Assembly: GCA_965222225.1 (NCBI GenBank)
Contig: CBDCTK010000002.1
Span: 1,056,001 to 1,120,000 of the forward strand
Length of the DNA: 64,000 nt
Reading direction: 5' to 3'
Origin: Candidatus Poribacteria bacterium
GTDB taxonomy: Bacteria; Poribacteria; WGA-4E; JAJDTR01
Shown in pieces: positions 32,799 through 42,197 of the stretch. Position numbers and translations under genes: made by a program. The notes below the pieces were generated by a model. It was not told where the DNA came from. It did no database searches and saw nothing but the letters and a program-made list of their open reading frames with translations. Position 1 is the first letter of the stretch. Each line of letters begins with the position of its first letter.

Positions 32799-33254
32799 CT
32801 ATTCTCTCGCTACAACCGCAAAACCTACCTTATCAATACCTGCTTGCTTCGCCCTATCCATGATCTGAACAATTTGTTCGTGCAATACTTTTCGCTCCGA
32901 TTGAATAATCAGCATGTTCTTCGCTTCTTCAGTCGCGTTGATTAATAGACTAAACATCTGTTCAATCTCGACGATTTCGTCGTTCAGAACCATGATTCCC
33001 TCTCGCTGACCGGCTGTCGGGTTAGCAATTCGCACAATGAGCCCTTTGGGTTTTTCAGTATTCGGCTTACCTGGCGGAGGAAGCTGTACCCGAATTCCCG
33101 GCATTGGCGAGAAAGTGGTCGAAACCATGAAGAAAATTAAAAGCAGAAACACACAATCAATCATCGGTGCCATACTGAGAGTTGGCGCTTTTCTCTCTCT
33201 AAGTCTTGTGGAAAGCACTGTTTGTTTCTTCACGCTGCTCGCTACCTGTTGCAT
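32799..33254 (-). CDS. exbD: ExbD/TolR-family protein
   Basis: APMIDCVFLLLIFFMVSTTF; IVQIMDRAKQAG; AGGAGG RBS before MQQV. Confidence 0.9.
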   Translation of the reverse strand: MQQVASSVKKQTVLSTRLRERKAPTLSMAPMIDCVFLLLIFFMVSTTFSPMPGIRVQLPPPGKPNTEKPKGLIVRIANPTAGQREGIMVLNDEIVEIEQMFSLLINATEEAKNMLIIQSERKVLHEQIVQIMDRAKQAGIDKVGFAVVARE

Positions 33255-33385
33255 ATTGACACCTCCTTTCATTCAGATGACAATCCAAGACCGGAAACTT
33301 CTGAAACGTTGTCCGATGTAAAGTTTGTTGGGAATCTATTGTTTTTTTGACAACGAGAGATTCCCAACAAGGCAATGGCGTAATA

Positions 33386-34393
33386 CTATGCGGCGCCCTC
33401 TTGGCCAAGAACAAGCTGGTTAACGATTTCTGTTGAAACCTGACCAATCTCAAGAACATACCTGTTGACCCAACTATCAAATAGCTGATAGAAGATCAAG
33501 CAAGGAATCGCGATGGTGAGACCTGCCGCGGTTGTTAACAAAGCCTGAGAAATACCCCCTGCCAACTGTTGCGGATCGCCAGTACCCTCCAAAGCAATTG
33601 TCGTAAACGCGTTGATCATACCGGTAACGGTTCCCAAGAGACCAAATAGTGGTGAAACGACTGCGATTGTTCCAAGCACCGGAAGATTCTTTTCCAATTC
33701 CGGAGTCTCAAGCAATTCGGCTTCCTCAATGGCTTCCTGTATCTCGTCCTTGGTGATTTCGCGTTCTTCAATTTGTGCCTGACTGAACCTCAACAATCCT
33801 GCCTTTAAGACGTTAGCAAGCGGCCCACCGGCATCCTCGCATGTAGAAACGGCTTCCATTATGTTTTCATTGCGGAGCGAGTCTGTAATGCTAGCCATGA
33901 ATTGTTCCGCACCGATTTTCGACCTGGCCCGGGCAAAAGTAAAGAATCTTTCAATAATAAACGTCAGAGCTGTAACAGAACAGAGCGCTAGTGGCCAGAA
34001 GACAAATCCCATCTTTTGAAAGAAGGTAACTATGTTGTCTTTCTTGGTCATTTTCAGGGGAAAATACCTGTCACCGCCAGCAACCACATTTACAGGTTTA
34101 CCTACTCTGTCTCCGTAGCCGTCTTTAAAAATACTGATAAAGTATCTGCCGGTAGGTAGATTAGTAATTTCGTATTCCCCAGCATCATCTGTCATTCCCT
34201 TGTATTCTGTCCCAGCGACATCTTTTATAATCACCTCAACTCCCGGGATAGGGGCGCGCGCGCTCGTAGTATCTTCAATCGCTCCGCGTACTGTACCACC
34301 CCCACCGGACACATCTGCTTCTTGGGCAACGGAGATAACGCTACCCATCGCTGAGAGAATCGTAATAGTTAAAATTAAACTCAACCGTTTCAT
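33386..34393 (-). CDS. exbB: MotA/TolQ/ExbB proton-channel protein with an N-terminal carboxypeptidase-regulatory-like domain
   Basis: Signal peptide; PIPGVEV..TDDAGEYEITNLPTGRY..KDGY domain; SPLFGLLGTVTGMI and GISQALLTTAAGL. Confidence 0.88.
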   Translation of the reverse strand: MKRLSLILTITILSAMGSVISVAQEADVSGGGGTVRGAIEDTTSARAPIPGVEVIIKDVAGTEYKGMTDDAGEYEITNLPTGRYFISIFKDGYGDRVGKPVNVVAGGDRYFPLKMTKKDNIVTFFQKMGFVFWPLALCSVTALTFIIERFFTFARARSKIGAEQFMASITDSLRNENIMEAVSTCEDAGGPLANVLKAGLLRFSQAQIEEREITKDEIQEAIEEAELLETPELEKNLPVLGTIAVVSPLFGLLGTVTGMINAFTTIALEGTGDPQQLAGGISQALLTTAAGLTIAIPCLIFYQLFDSWVNRYVLEIGQVSTEIVNQLVLGQEGAA

Positions 34394-34591
34394 ATTTGCC
34401 TCCTTTTAGTTGAACAAGAACTTTCAGAATATTTATGCAAGTAGTTGGTACTTTATCCTAAGATTCTTTCTAGATTTGGCGGTTTCGCTATTAGATATCG
34501 CTTTTCTAGGCTGAAATCCTCAATCTACCAAGCAAGACGTTGCTATAAACACCTGCATCTTTGAGAAGTTGCGCTTAGTACCAAGAAAAAT

Positions 34592-34626
34592 GCTCTCCCC
34601 TAGCCAGTCATCACCAAGGGGAGAGC
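34592..34626 (-). terminator. Intrinsic terminator-like hairpin after the 1113-aa gene
   Basis: GCTCTCCCCT/AGGGGAGAGC stem followed by ATTTTTCTT on the minus strand. Confidence 0.65.
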
Positions 34627-34644
34627 GTAGAGAAACAACAGTGT

Positions 34645-37600
34645 TTAGAATCCCATCATGGCACGAACAAATGTCGTGTTGCTTGTTGTATCTTCAAGCA
34701 AAATGGTCGTTCGTCTGTAACCTGCGAGTATTACGATATTAAATCCAAGCCATTCACCGCGGTTGATTGCTTGAATTTCGAAGATTCGTGTCCGTAGGTT
34801 GGGACGAAACAGGATGGGTACTTCCTCATCTGATGGGAAGTTTGTCAAGAACGCCTTGAAGTTGCTATCGCGGTTGGTGAATTTGCGATATTGAAAACCG
34901 CCAAGAACGTTCATTCTCTGCGTGAATTGGTAATCTAGACGAACCCCCAGAACATCTTCGCGACTTCTCTTGTTGAATCGAAGGTACTCTATCGGTTCAA
35001 TGTCTGTGGGAACGTACAGGCGTGGATTGAGCGGTGAGACATATACACCGGCAGCAATTTCATCGGCAGTGTGGTCGAACACTTTCTCCCAGATATATTT
35101 AGCCATCGGTGTGACCGTCAAGTCTTCGCCTATATTTTTCACGAAGTCCAAATCTCCCAACGGGATTTCATATTTCGCCCGCAAGATAGTCACTTGGTTG
35201 CGGATATTTTTTTCATCGTACCGTCGGGGTTTCCAATTGTCCTGATCATAAATCAACCCGGTATCTCCGCCATCCAATGGGTTGATTCCATGGTCGGGAT
35301 AGAACGGGAATTCTCGTTTTTCACCCGAATCACGTACCTGTTCAATCGGTACCATGAAATCAGTGCGCTGATTCCGCTCATTACCGGTTCGGGTCGCTTC
35401 CTCATCATCTACCCGATCTAATGCGATGGCATCTTGATCATCCGGTTGAAATTGCTTCTGCAAGGCAACTAGGAACTTTGCTTCTAGTGTTAAGTTCGGA
35501 ATTGCCGTATAGAGAAATTGGAGAGCGGTAGTGTTCACTCGTGAGTTGTAGAAATCAAGTTCGTCAGATATCTGAACAGGTTCGAGTTCTCCAACACGTA
35601 AGGTAATCGAATAATCCGGAATGTCGTCCTTAACACGGACGAGGCGGTTTTGGAATAAAATTGTTCCAAAGTCCGGAATATCACGCTGGTAGGTGACATG
35701 GAAATACCTTGAGTCGTTTTGACGCCGACTAGAAACCTCACTCTCGTTCAACCATCCGACCTTAAGCGTCATGTTGTCGAGTATGTCATAGCTGGCAACT
35801 AGGTGGTATCCCTCACGATCAATTCCGTACTCGTACTGTGGCTCAAAATCATCTTCTAGCGAATCGATTGTTCCGTTGTTGTTTAGATCGACAAGATCCG
35901 TGAAGACGGGCGGATCCGCTTCAAAGATAAGAAAGTCTTCCTGAAAGTCTAGGATTCCATTCTGGTCGCGATCGTCAGCACGTGGCAGAACGCCATCGAA
36001 ATCAATGTCATCTGGCCAATCATCATCATCATCATCGTCTTCGATAAGCTGATAATCGATTTCATCAAATGGATCGACCTCTGACGAAGATTCGGGAGTA
36101 CGAGGCAAGGAGTACGCCTGATCTCTATCACTATTGGCGCCCCAATTCCGATACGTCGTTGTATATCCGGGGTCAATATGATAGAAAGTTTCCTCTAGGA
36201 ACAGCTTCCCAAAACGTTGTTTAAGATTTACAAACCAAGCAACTTCGCGCCCTAATTCCCCATCTCCATCTTCAGGAGTGCCATCACCGCCTAATTTGGC
36301 TTCGAATTTCTCTCCTTCAGTTTCCGAATAGGTAGCCACGCCATTCGCATCTCCCGGCAGCAGAGTGCGGCGGTCAACACTAATGCCCGTTGACTCCACA
36401 CCATCAGGGGTAGTAATCTCCTCCTTCAGACGGCTAAAGCCAACCTTTTCCTTGGGAACGGTCGGGTACTGCTTATGCTTGCTGTTAATCGAGTAATGCG
36501 CCCGTATGAAAGTGTTGAATAGGGTACCTTCAAGATCGAGCCCGTACAGAATCGCCGCACGGGCGGCACCGTAGCGGTAGTGGATTTTTCGAGGTCTTCC
36601 CTCATCAGTCCATTGGCTTGGGTTATAGGCGAGGCTATCGCGGTTTTCAGCATACTCAGAAGATTGGCCGTAATTTCCAGGGGCTTCGATTACGTCCCGA
36701 AATGGCATCTCAATATGGCCATCCTCGGTTTTAATCCATTCCTGTAATTCCGGATCGTCCTCAGCCTTGTTGGCTTCACTAAAGCCCATAACGACGATGT
36801 TATAATCACCGGCAACCACCAAATCAAACTCGACTGATTTGACTTGTCGCGGATCAATATCGTGATCGGCGAGGACTAGGTCATACTTCATCGCGTGGAA
36901 TCCCTCAACAATCTTCCAAAGACTGTCTTCAGAGTTGCGTGGTGGCCTACTACCCGTAACAGCAGTGATATCCGAATTGAGGTCGAACGATCCATTTGCA
37001 GCACTGATTACAGTAGTCTCCTCGGGCAAAAGTCCCGGCTCGACACCTGCGATACGATCAGTTCGAGAGATTACCTCTTGCGCCTGAGTAACAATCGTCA
37101 CCTTAATATCCTTGACTGCCGCTCCAACACCTCCATGAACTAGGTCGGCATCCCGGGTGGGGCTCAGACCCAAAAACGCCCTCGGGTGGTTATCCTCTGG
37201 CGAATCATCGCGGAAGACTACGGTAATGTGCTCGGGCGGCGTGTTTGGCACCGTACCCAGCAGCGGATTTTCAACTCGTTCCGGGTGTTCCTTGTGCAAA
37301 TTCATGTAGGTAACACCTACGCGGAAAATATCGCCTAGAAGCCCTTGAGCGCGAAAGCCTATTAAACGGGCATTCTCAATATGACGTAACTGTGCATCAT
37401 CGTTTAAGCCATTTCTACGACCAAGTGTCGGTGCAAGGTTGGCTGCCGCGTCTGAAAGTCTAACAGGGTTAGAAATACGTGAATTCAGCAAGGTAAAGAG
37501 GTGTCGTTCCTGTGAAAAAGAAAGATCCCACCTAAACCCATCAAATTCTGTTTTGAATATGATGTATCGGTTAGGGAACAGCGTAGAAGGCTTGATACGC

Positions 37601-37986
37601 ATGTTATCACCGATTGCGAACTCGCTATGCCTGCCTCGGAAGCTATCCGTAGTGAGAATTGTACGGTCCAATTGCGCGGAAAATCTTTCGCTATCAAGCT
37701 GACCAGTCCAACCAACGATTAGCTCACCGTTCTGATCGAATTCTTTCCGTTCTCGGTAATTAAAAACCTCATTACCCTCAAGCAACTCTTTTCCAAACAG
37801 GTCATAGAAGAATTGGGGTTCTTCTTCCAATTGGAAACGATCGGAGAACTTTGACTGTCCTTCAATCGTTGGTAGCAAAGGTTCTTGAGGCCCTAGACTT
37901 GACGCCCCACAACCGTACAAGATGAAACAACTCAAGATACATGCAATAATAGAAACAGCATTTAACCACCGTTTCAACATTTTCAT
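34645..37986 (-). CDS. Large hypothetical lipoprotein, probable outer-membrane beta-barrel with Ca-binding loops
   Basis: 1113 aa; lipobox LYGC; DRDQNGILD and DLNNNGTID loops; poly-Asp tract; amphipathic strands; ends TTFVRAMMGF. Confidence 0.7.
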   Translation of the reverse strand: MKMLKRWLNAVSIIACILSCFILYGCGASSLGPQEPLLPTIEGQSKFSDRFQLEEEPQFFYDLFGKELLEGNEVFNYRERKEFDQNGELIVGWTGQLDSERFSAQLDRTILTTDSFRGRHSEFAIGDNMRIKPSTLFPNRYIIFKTEFDGFRWDLSFSQERHLFTLLNSRISNPVRLSDAAANLAPTLGRRNGLNDDAQLRHIENARLIGFRAQGLLGDIFRVGVTYMNLHKEHPERVENPLLGTVPNTPPEHITVVFRDDSPEDNHPRAFLGLSPTRDADLVHGGVGAAVKDIKVTIVTQAQEVISRTDRIAGVEPGLLPEETTVISAANGSFDLNSDITAVTGSRPPRNSEDSLWKIVEGFHAMKYDLVLADHDIDPRQVKSVEFDLVVAGDYNIVVMGFSEANKAEDDPELQEWIKTEDGHIEMPFRDVIEAPGNYGQSSEYAENRDSLAYNPSQWTDEGRPRKIHYRYGAARAAILYGLDLEGTLFNTFIRAHYSINSKHKQYPTVPKEKVGFSRLKEEITTPDGVESTGISVDRRTLLPGDANGVATYSETEGEKFEAKLGGDGTPEDGDGELGREVAWFVNLKQRFGKLFLEETFYHIDPGYTTTYRNWGANSDRDQAYSLPRTPESSSEVDPFDEIDYQLIEDDDDDDDWPDDIDFDGVLPRADDRDQNGILDFQEDFLIFEADPPVFTDLVDLNNNGTIDSLEDDFEPQYEYGIDREGYHLVASYDILDNMTLKVGWLNESEVSSRRQNDSRYFHVTYQRDIPDFGTILFQNRLVRVKDDIPDYSITLRVGELEPVQISDELDFYNSRVNTTALQFLYTAIPNLTLEAKFLVALQKQFQPDDQDAIALDRVDDEEATRTGNERNQRTDFMVPIEQVRDSGEKREFPFYPDHGINPLDGGDTGLIYDQDNWKPRRYDEKNIRNQVTILRAKYEIPLGDLDFVKNIGEDLTVTPMAKYIWEKVFDHTADEIAAGVYVSPLNPRLYVPTDIEPIEYLRFNKRSREDVLGVRLDYQFTQRMNVLGGFQYRKFTNRDSNFKAFLTNFPSDEEVPILFRPNLRTRIFEIQAINRGEWLGFNIVILAGYRRTTILLEDTTSNTTFVRAMMGF

Positions 37987-38291
37987 TTTTTCTTGCCTCC
38001 ATGAAGTAAATTGGATTTATTTTGAAACCGACGAAAATAAGTGATAAGAAGAGTAAACAACAGAAAGCAGATACCTGTTAATTAATACAAGACCAATCTT
38101 TGCAATAATCGCCTGACTCCATAAGCACTATATTCCATCCCAAACTACACCGAGAAAACAGTATCCGCGAAACCTACTGTTGGCTAACTTTTGATTCCTC
38201 CATATAGGGGGAGCAATGCCTACCTGCGGTGCCCTCAAAGTTCGCTGTCAATTACAGGAGAACATAAGTGAGTTTCAACAAATGGACTTTT

Positions 38292-38320
38292 AAGATATCA
38301 CTTCTGGTAATATCTGTCAA
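38292..38320 (-). promoter_or_regulatory. sigma70-type promoter for the 1113-aa gene
   Basis: TTGACA-17bp-TATCTT with an A-rich UP-like tract; implies a leader of about 300 nt. Confidence 0.6.
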
Positions 38321-38557
38321 GACTTTTTTTTGACTAAAAGAAGTTTAACCGTTTGTATCGGATTGTATCGGATTTGTGCGAAGAACCCTCAATTATGAGA
38401 TTGAAAATCCGATGACCACTCGCGTTGATTGTAGAGAATCATGAACATACACCTACTTACACCAAGGCAACATTTCAATGCGAGTTTGAGTTCCCTTGGC
38501 GAGGCCGTTGGACACCGGGAAGCCATCAGTGGTCCAGAGATAACCCCTGAGTGTTGG

Positions 38558-40666
38558 TTAAGTCGTTATAAACCCATGAAGGGAAAGATTACCGCGAGTT
38601 ATTCGATCGCGAGTTGTCCTCAAGGATTGGCGTGAGTTCGCGGCGAGATTAAGGATTAATACAATTGCATCGGCGTGAATGCCTAGAGCGAGTCCATCAA
38701 CCGACGAAAGAAGTGGCGACGCATCAAGTAATATCAGTTCATAATGTTCACGGAACTGCTCAAAGAGTGCTTGTAGGCGGGGTGAGTCAAGCAATTCGAT
38801 TGGAGTAGACGCAACACTTCTGATACTGAATAAATCGACATTCGCGATTTCAGTCTTCTGAATAGCTCGCTGCCAATCTGTAAGCGCATTAATCGGTGCA
38901 GATTGTCGGACAGAATCAGATGGTACACCGAATATCTCATGCTGCTTTGGTGCGATTACACTGCAGTCAACGACTAGGACAGGGGCTTTCACCAAAGCCA
39001 GTGTAACTCCTAGATTAGCCGTAATTACAGAAACGTGGTCGTTGTAATCACATCCTGCGAACATTAATACTTGCTTACTGATCTCGGGATTTGTCAGATT
39101 GATGTATGCAGCGATTTCTTGATAAACTCCCGGAACAGCGTGAGATACTAGATCTGTTTCTTGCCGCTTCGGCACGTGCCCCAAATGCATTATGCCTATG
39201 TCAGATTCCACTTCTTTTGGCGAGCTATAGGTCGTACTGAAATACTCCATGAGTATGGCAATAGAAACTCCCAGCGTCAAACCAACGATACCGGCTATCG
39301 CTACGATTGCCTTGACACGGGGACTCGTGGGAATCTTCCGAGGCACCGCGCCGTCAACGACTCCAAGACCTCCTATGGTATTTCCAGCATTTGATGTAGC
39401 ATGCGACGGATCCGATTCGGCGATTAAGATCCGTGTCTGCAGAATTCGTGTGAAGGTCTCTTTTGTCAACTCGTGCTTGAACTCGATCTCCCGCTTCATT
39501 TTGTCAAGCGACAGCTCATTCTCGGGTATGCTGCCAAGCAGTTGTTCCAACTCAGTTTCGACTGCTTCGAGTTGAGTTTTGACCAGTGGAAGGTTATGTT
39601 GTGCTCGGAGAATGCTTGCTTGTAGATTTATTAAGCCCTGCTGAACAGTATAATATAGCGGATCTGCTCCATGAGTCGTCGCGGTAACGGATTCAGCCGA
39701 TAGACTGAAGGACAATCTGTTCTTGACATCTTCAATTTGGGCTTTGATGGACTTCAATCCGGGCGCGTTCTCACCCACATCAGAAGCAATCAGCCCGATT
39801 TTTTGACTCTCAAGAGCGATTAGTCTCTCCATTTGAGACAACCAGATAGGATTAGCGCCTACCATCTCCGTGAGTTGCGTATGTACTGGGTGCTGCTTAA
39901 TCTCTGCTCGCAAGTGTTCCAATACCTTTTGAGAGGCGCCAATTGCCAATTCGAGCTCTTCTAGTTTCCCTTGGAGTTGCGCACGTCGCGAGGACGCACT
40001 AGAGAGTCTTTCTCGCCAGGTTCCAGGACCGCCATTTTTCCGAACAAACTCGGACGCTTCGTGTTCTTTTTTCTCTACCTCATCCTGCAATTCTTTCATT
40101 GTATCTCGTAGTAATTGGTGGCGTTGCTTCAAATTGGCAGAGTCCTGCTTTCGGCGGTACTCTTGCATCTCAGCGACTAACTGATTGGTCAGGAGAGCCG
40201 CATTGCGCTCGCCGCCTTCCTCTTCGGAAAGATACAGCGAGAGCTCAATATACTGCGAGTCTGAGCGGCTCTTTGATTTGAGATTTCGCCTCAATTTCCC
40301 GACTGGGGGCAAGTAGCGAGCACCGCCGACTTCCGATTCCTCTAGCTGTTCAATAGCCGCCGTTATCATAGACTCCGAAAGAAAGCGTTGACCGACAGTT
40401 TCCATCTCGCTTCGGTCAACTCCACCGGAAAGGACACTTTGAACAACATTGGCGGATGGTATTGGTGTGCTTGATGCTGGTTGGTCAAATTCCAGTAGCG
40501 TAGAAGCTACGTACGTTTTAGGCAGGTGTAAACTAACTACGAGAGCAGTACCTACAAGCAACAGAAAACACAAGCATATAATAAAATCGTACTTCCGTAT
40601 TACAGAGAGGTAATCCCGTAAGTGGACCTCTTTTTGAGGCATCGAAATCGTATTTCCTTCCTCCAT
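38558..40666 (-). CDS. Wzc/GumC-like polysaccharide co-polymerase with a degenerate kinase domain
   Basis: EVHLRDYLSVIRK, PKTYVAS, long coiled coil, second TM helix, VLVVDC, ILLDASP; Walker A absent. Confidence 0.82.
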   Translation of the reverse strand: MEEGNTISMPQKEVHLRDYLSVIRKYDFIICLCFLLLVGTALVVSLHLPKTYVASTLLEFDQPASSTPIPSANVVQSVLSGGVDRSEMETVGQRFLSESMITAAIEQLEESEVGGARYLPPVGKLRRNLKSKSRSDSQYIELSLYLSEEEGGERNAALLTNQLVAEMQEYRRKQDSANLKQRHQLLRDTMKELQDEVEKKEHEASEFVRKNGGPGTWRERLSSASSRRAQLQGKLEELELAIGASQKVLEHLRAEIKQHPVHTQLTEMVGANPIWLSQMERLIALESQKIGLIASDVGENAPGLKSIKAQIEDVKNRLSFSLSAESVTATTHGADPLYYTVQQGLINLQASILRAQHNLPLVKTQLEAVETELEQLLGSIPENELSLDKMKREIEFKHELTKETFTRILQTRILIAESDPSHATSNAGNTIGGLGVVDGAVPRKIPTSPRVKAIVAIAGIVGLTLGVSIAILMEYFSTTYSSPKEVESDIGIMHLGHVPKRQETDLVSHAVPGVYQEIAAYINLTNPEISKQVLMFAGCDYNDHVSVITANLGVTLALVKAPVLVVDCSVIAPKQHEIFGVPSDSVRQSAPINALTDWQRAIQKTEIANVDLFSIRSVASTPIELLDSPRLQALFEQFREHYELILLDASPLLSSVDGLALGIHADAIVLILNLAANSRQSLRTTRDRITRGNLSLHGFITT

Positions 40667-40814
40667 TGATGAGCGAAGAACTCTTGCTCCCTTCGTTGTC
40701 TTAAGCTGAATTCAATTGTCATCCCGGTTAACGATTGTACAGCACTTATGCTAATTGGCAGAGTTTTAGCCGGATACCAACGATTATTGGACACGGCGGA
40801 GAACCATTTGTCAT

Positions 40815-41378
40815 CTAGCGCGCCACCTCAATCTGTTCTTCGCTATATGCTTCATCAATCCACTCCGTAATACGCCATTCACTGTCTCTCAGTTCAAAGA
40901 TAAACAGATTATCCCCTTCGGCATACCATCCCGTATATCCACCTTCAAGAGATTCACCGTCGGCGACAAATCCTTGAATCCTATAATGAACTCTCACTTC
41001 GGCTCTGTTACGCTCCGCGTTTAACTCCATCTCGGGGGGCTCTTCCAACTCAATCTCAATGTCTTGGTACAAGCGGAACACTCGAACTGCTGAATCTCTT
41101 TCATCTCGAATGTCGTCAAAAATCACATCATCCGTTGCATCGTCAGGTGTTCCCATATCCGATACATAACGAAACTTGTCCGCCCAAAAAACATCTATGT
41201 ATGCACTTACATCTTCAGTTTCATACCCGGTACGCCACGCTTTCAACACCGCTTCAATCGCACCCAGCTCTTGAGACCGGGGTGCACCGATCTTCTCAAC
41301 ATCACCGCAACTCAAAAAACCTAACGTCACAGCCATCGTGAGTATTAAACTACCTGCTTTGGAAAATATCTTAAACAT
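40815..41378 (-). CDS. NTF2/SnoaL-like lipoprotein
   Basis: Lipobox FLSC; WRTGYETEDVSAY; FELRDSEWRITEW; GGAGG RBS. Confidence 0.7.
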   Translation of the reverse strand: MFKIFSKAGSLILTMAVTLGFLSCGDVEKIGAPRSQELGAIEAVLKAWRTGYETEDVSAYIDVFWADKFRYVSDMGTPDDATDDVIFDDIRDERDSAVRVFRLYQDIEIELEEPPEMELNAERNRAEVRVHYRIQGFVADGESLEGGYTGWYAEGDNLFIFELRDSEWRITEWIDEAYSEEQIEVAR

Positions 41379-41518
41379 TACTGACAACCTCCACAACACG
41401 TTTTCATCCGAGGACAATTGAACTTCAACTAGCAATAACGGTTAGACAAACTCGCTCTCTCCACTAACAATCTGCCTAATATTTCCTGGCAATGCCATTG
41501 ACTAAAACCGCTCTTCTT

Positions 41519-42037
41519 TCAAAAAGTCTTTCTTAGATTCAAATATAATTTTGTCGGTGTTACACCGACACTCACGCCTAAATTCTCAATTTCCTTAGCT
41601 TCATCAATGAGTAAATTGACTTTTGCATTTGCGTTATAGAACTTGGCGCCAACGTACGAATCAATAACGCTATACGCCCATACACCGATAGCAGTGTACA
41701 AGAAGAACTGTCTAATTTTGTAGCGCTCGTTTGAGCTCTTGTATTGTGCAATTGCTTCCTCGGATTTCGGGTCTATAGTTGCGGCGGGAATGTACCGATT
41801 TGTATGGATGTTCTGAAAGGACTGATGTGCCGCTAAGGCGCCCGCAAGAGATGCCCCCACTCCTATCACCGAAAATGTTCCTCGAATCGGACTGCGCGAA
41901 TAATACTGTCCCCATCCAGGCATGATCGCCGATCGAACAATGGAACCAACTGGAGATATGAGGCGGAGTTCCTCTGATTGGGCGAAGCAAACCTGCGCGA
42001 AAGCCGAAAAGAAAAGAGTAATCGTCAGAATCTTCAC
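41519..42037 (-). CDS. DUF5683-like membrane protein
   Basis: Signal peptide; SAIMPGWGQYY; WAYSVIDSY; C-terminal Phe. Confidence 0.7.
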   Translation of the reverse strand: MKILTITLFFSAFAQVCFAQSEELRLISPVGSIVRSAIMPGWGQYYSRSPIRGTFSVIGVGASLAGALAAHQSFQNIHTNRYIPAATIDPKSEEAIAQYKSSNERYKIRQFFLYTAIGVWAYSVIDSYVGAKFYNANAKVNLLIDEAKEIENLGVSVGVTPTKLYLNLRKTF

Positions 42038-42197
42038 TTAGCACTACCCAGTAATTCCCTGTATAACTTAATCGCTGCAACCTTCGCAACTATACAATGA
42101 TAACGAATGTCGAATCTGCTGTCAACAAAAAAAATCTGCAAACAACCCATGGGACACGCTATGTGTTTGCATGAATACCTCAAAAACAATAATGATG

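Noticed and set aside
37990-38285. Cobalamin or c-di-GMP riboswitch in the leader of the 1113-aa gene
   Set aside because: No B12 box or GEMM motifs recognised; only a modest hairpin
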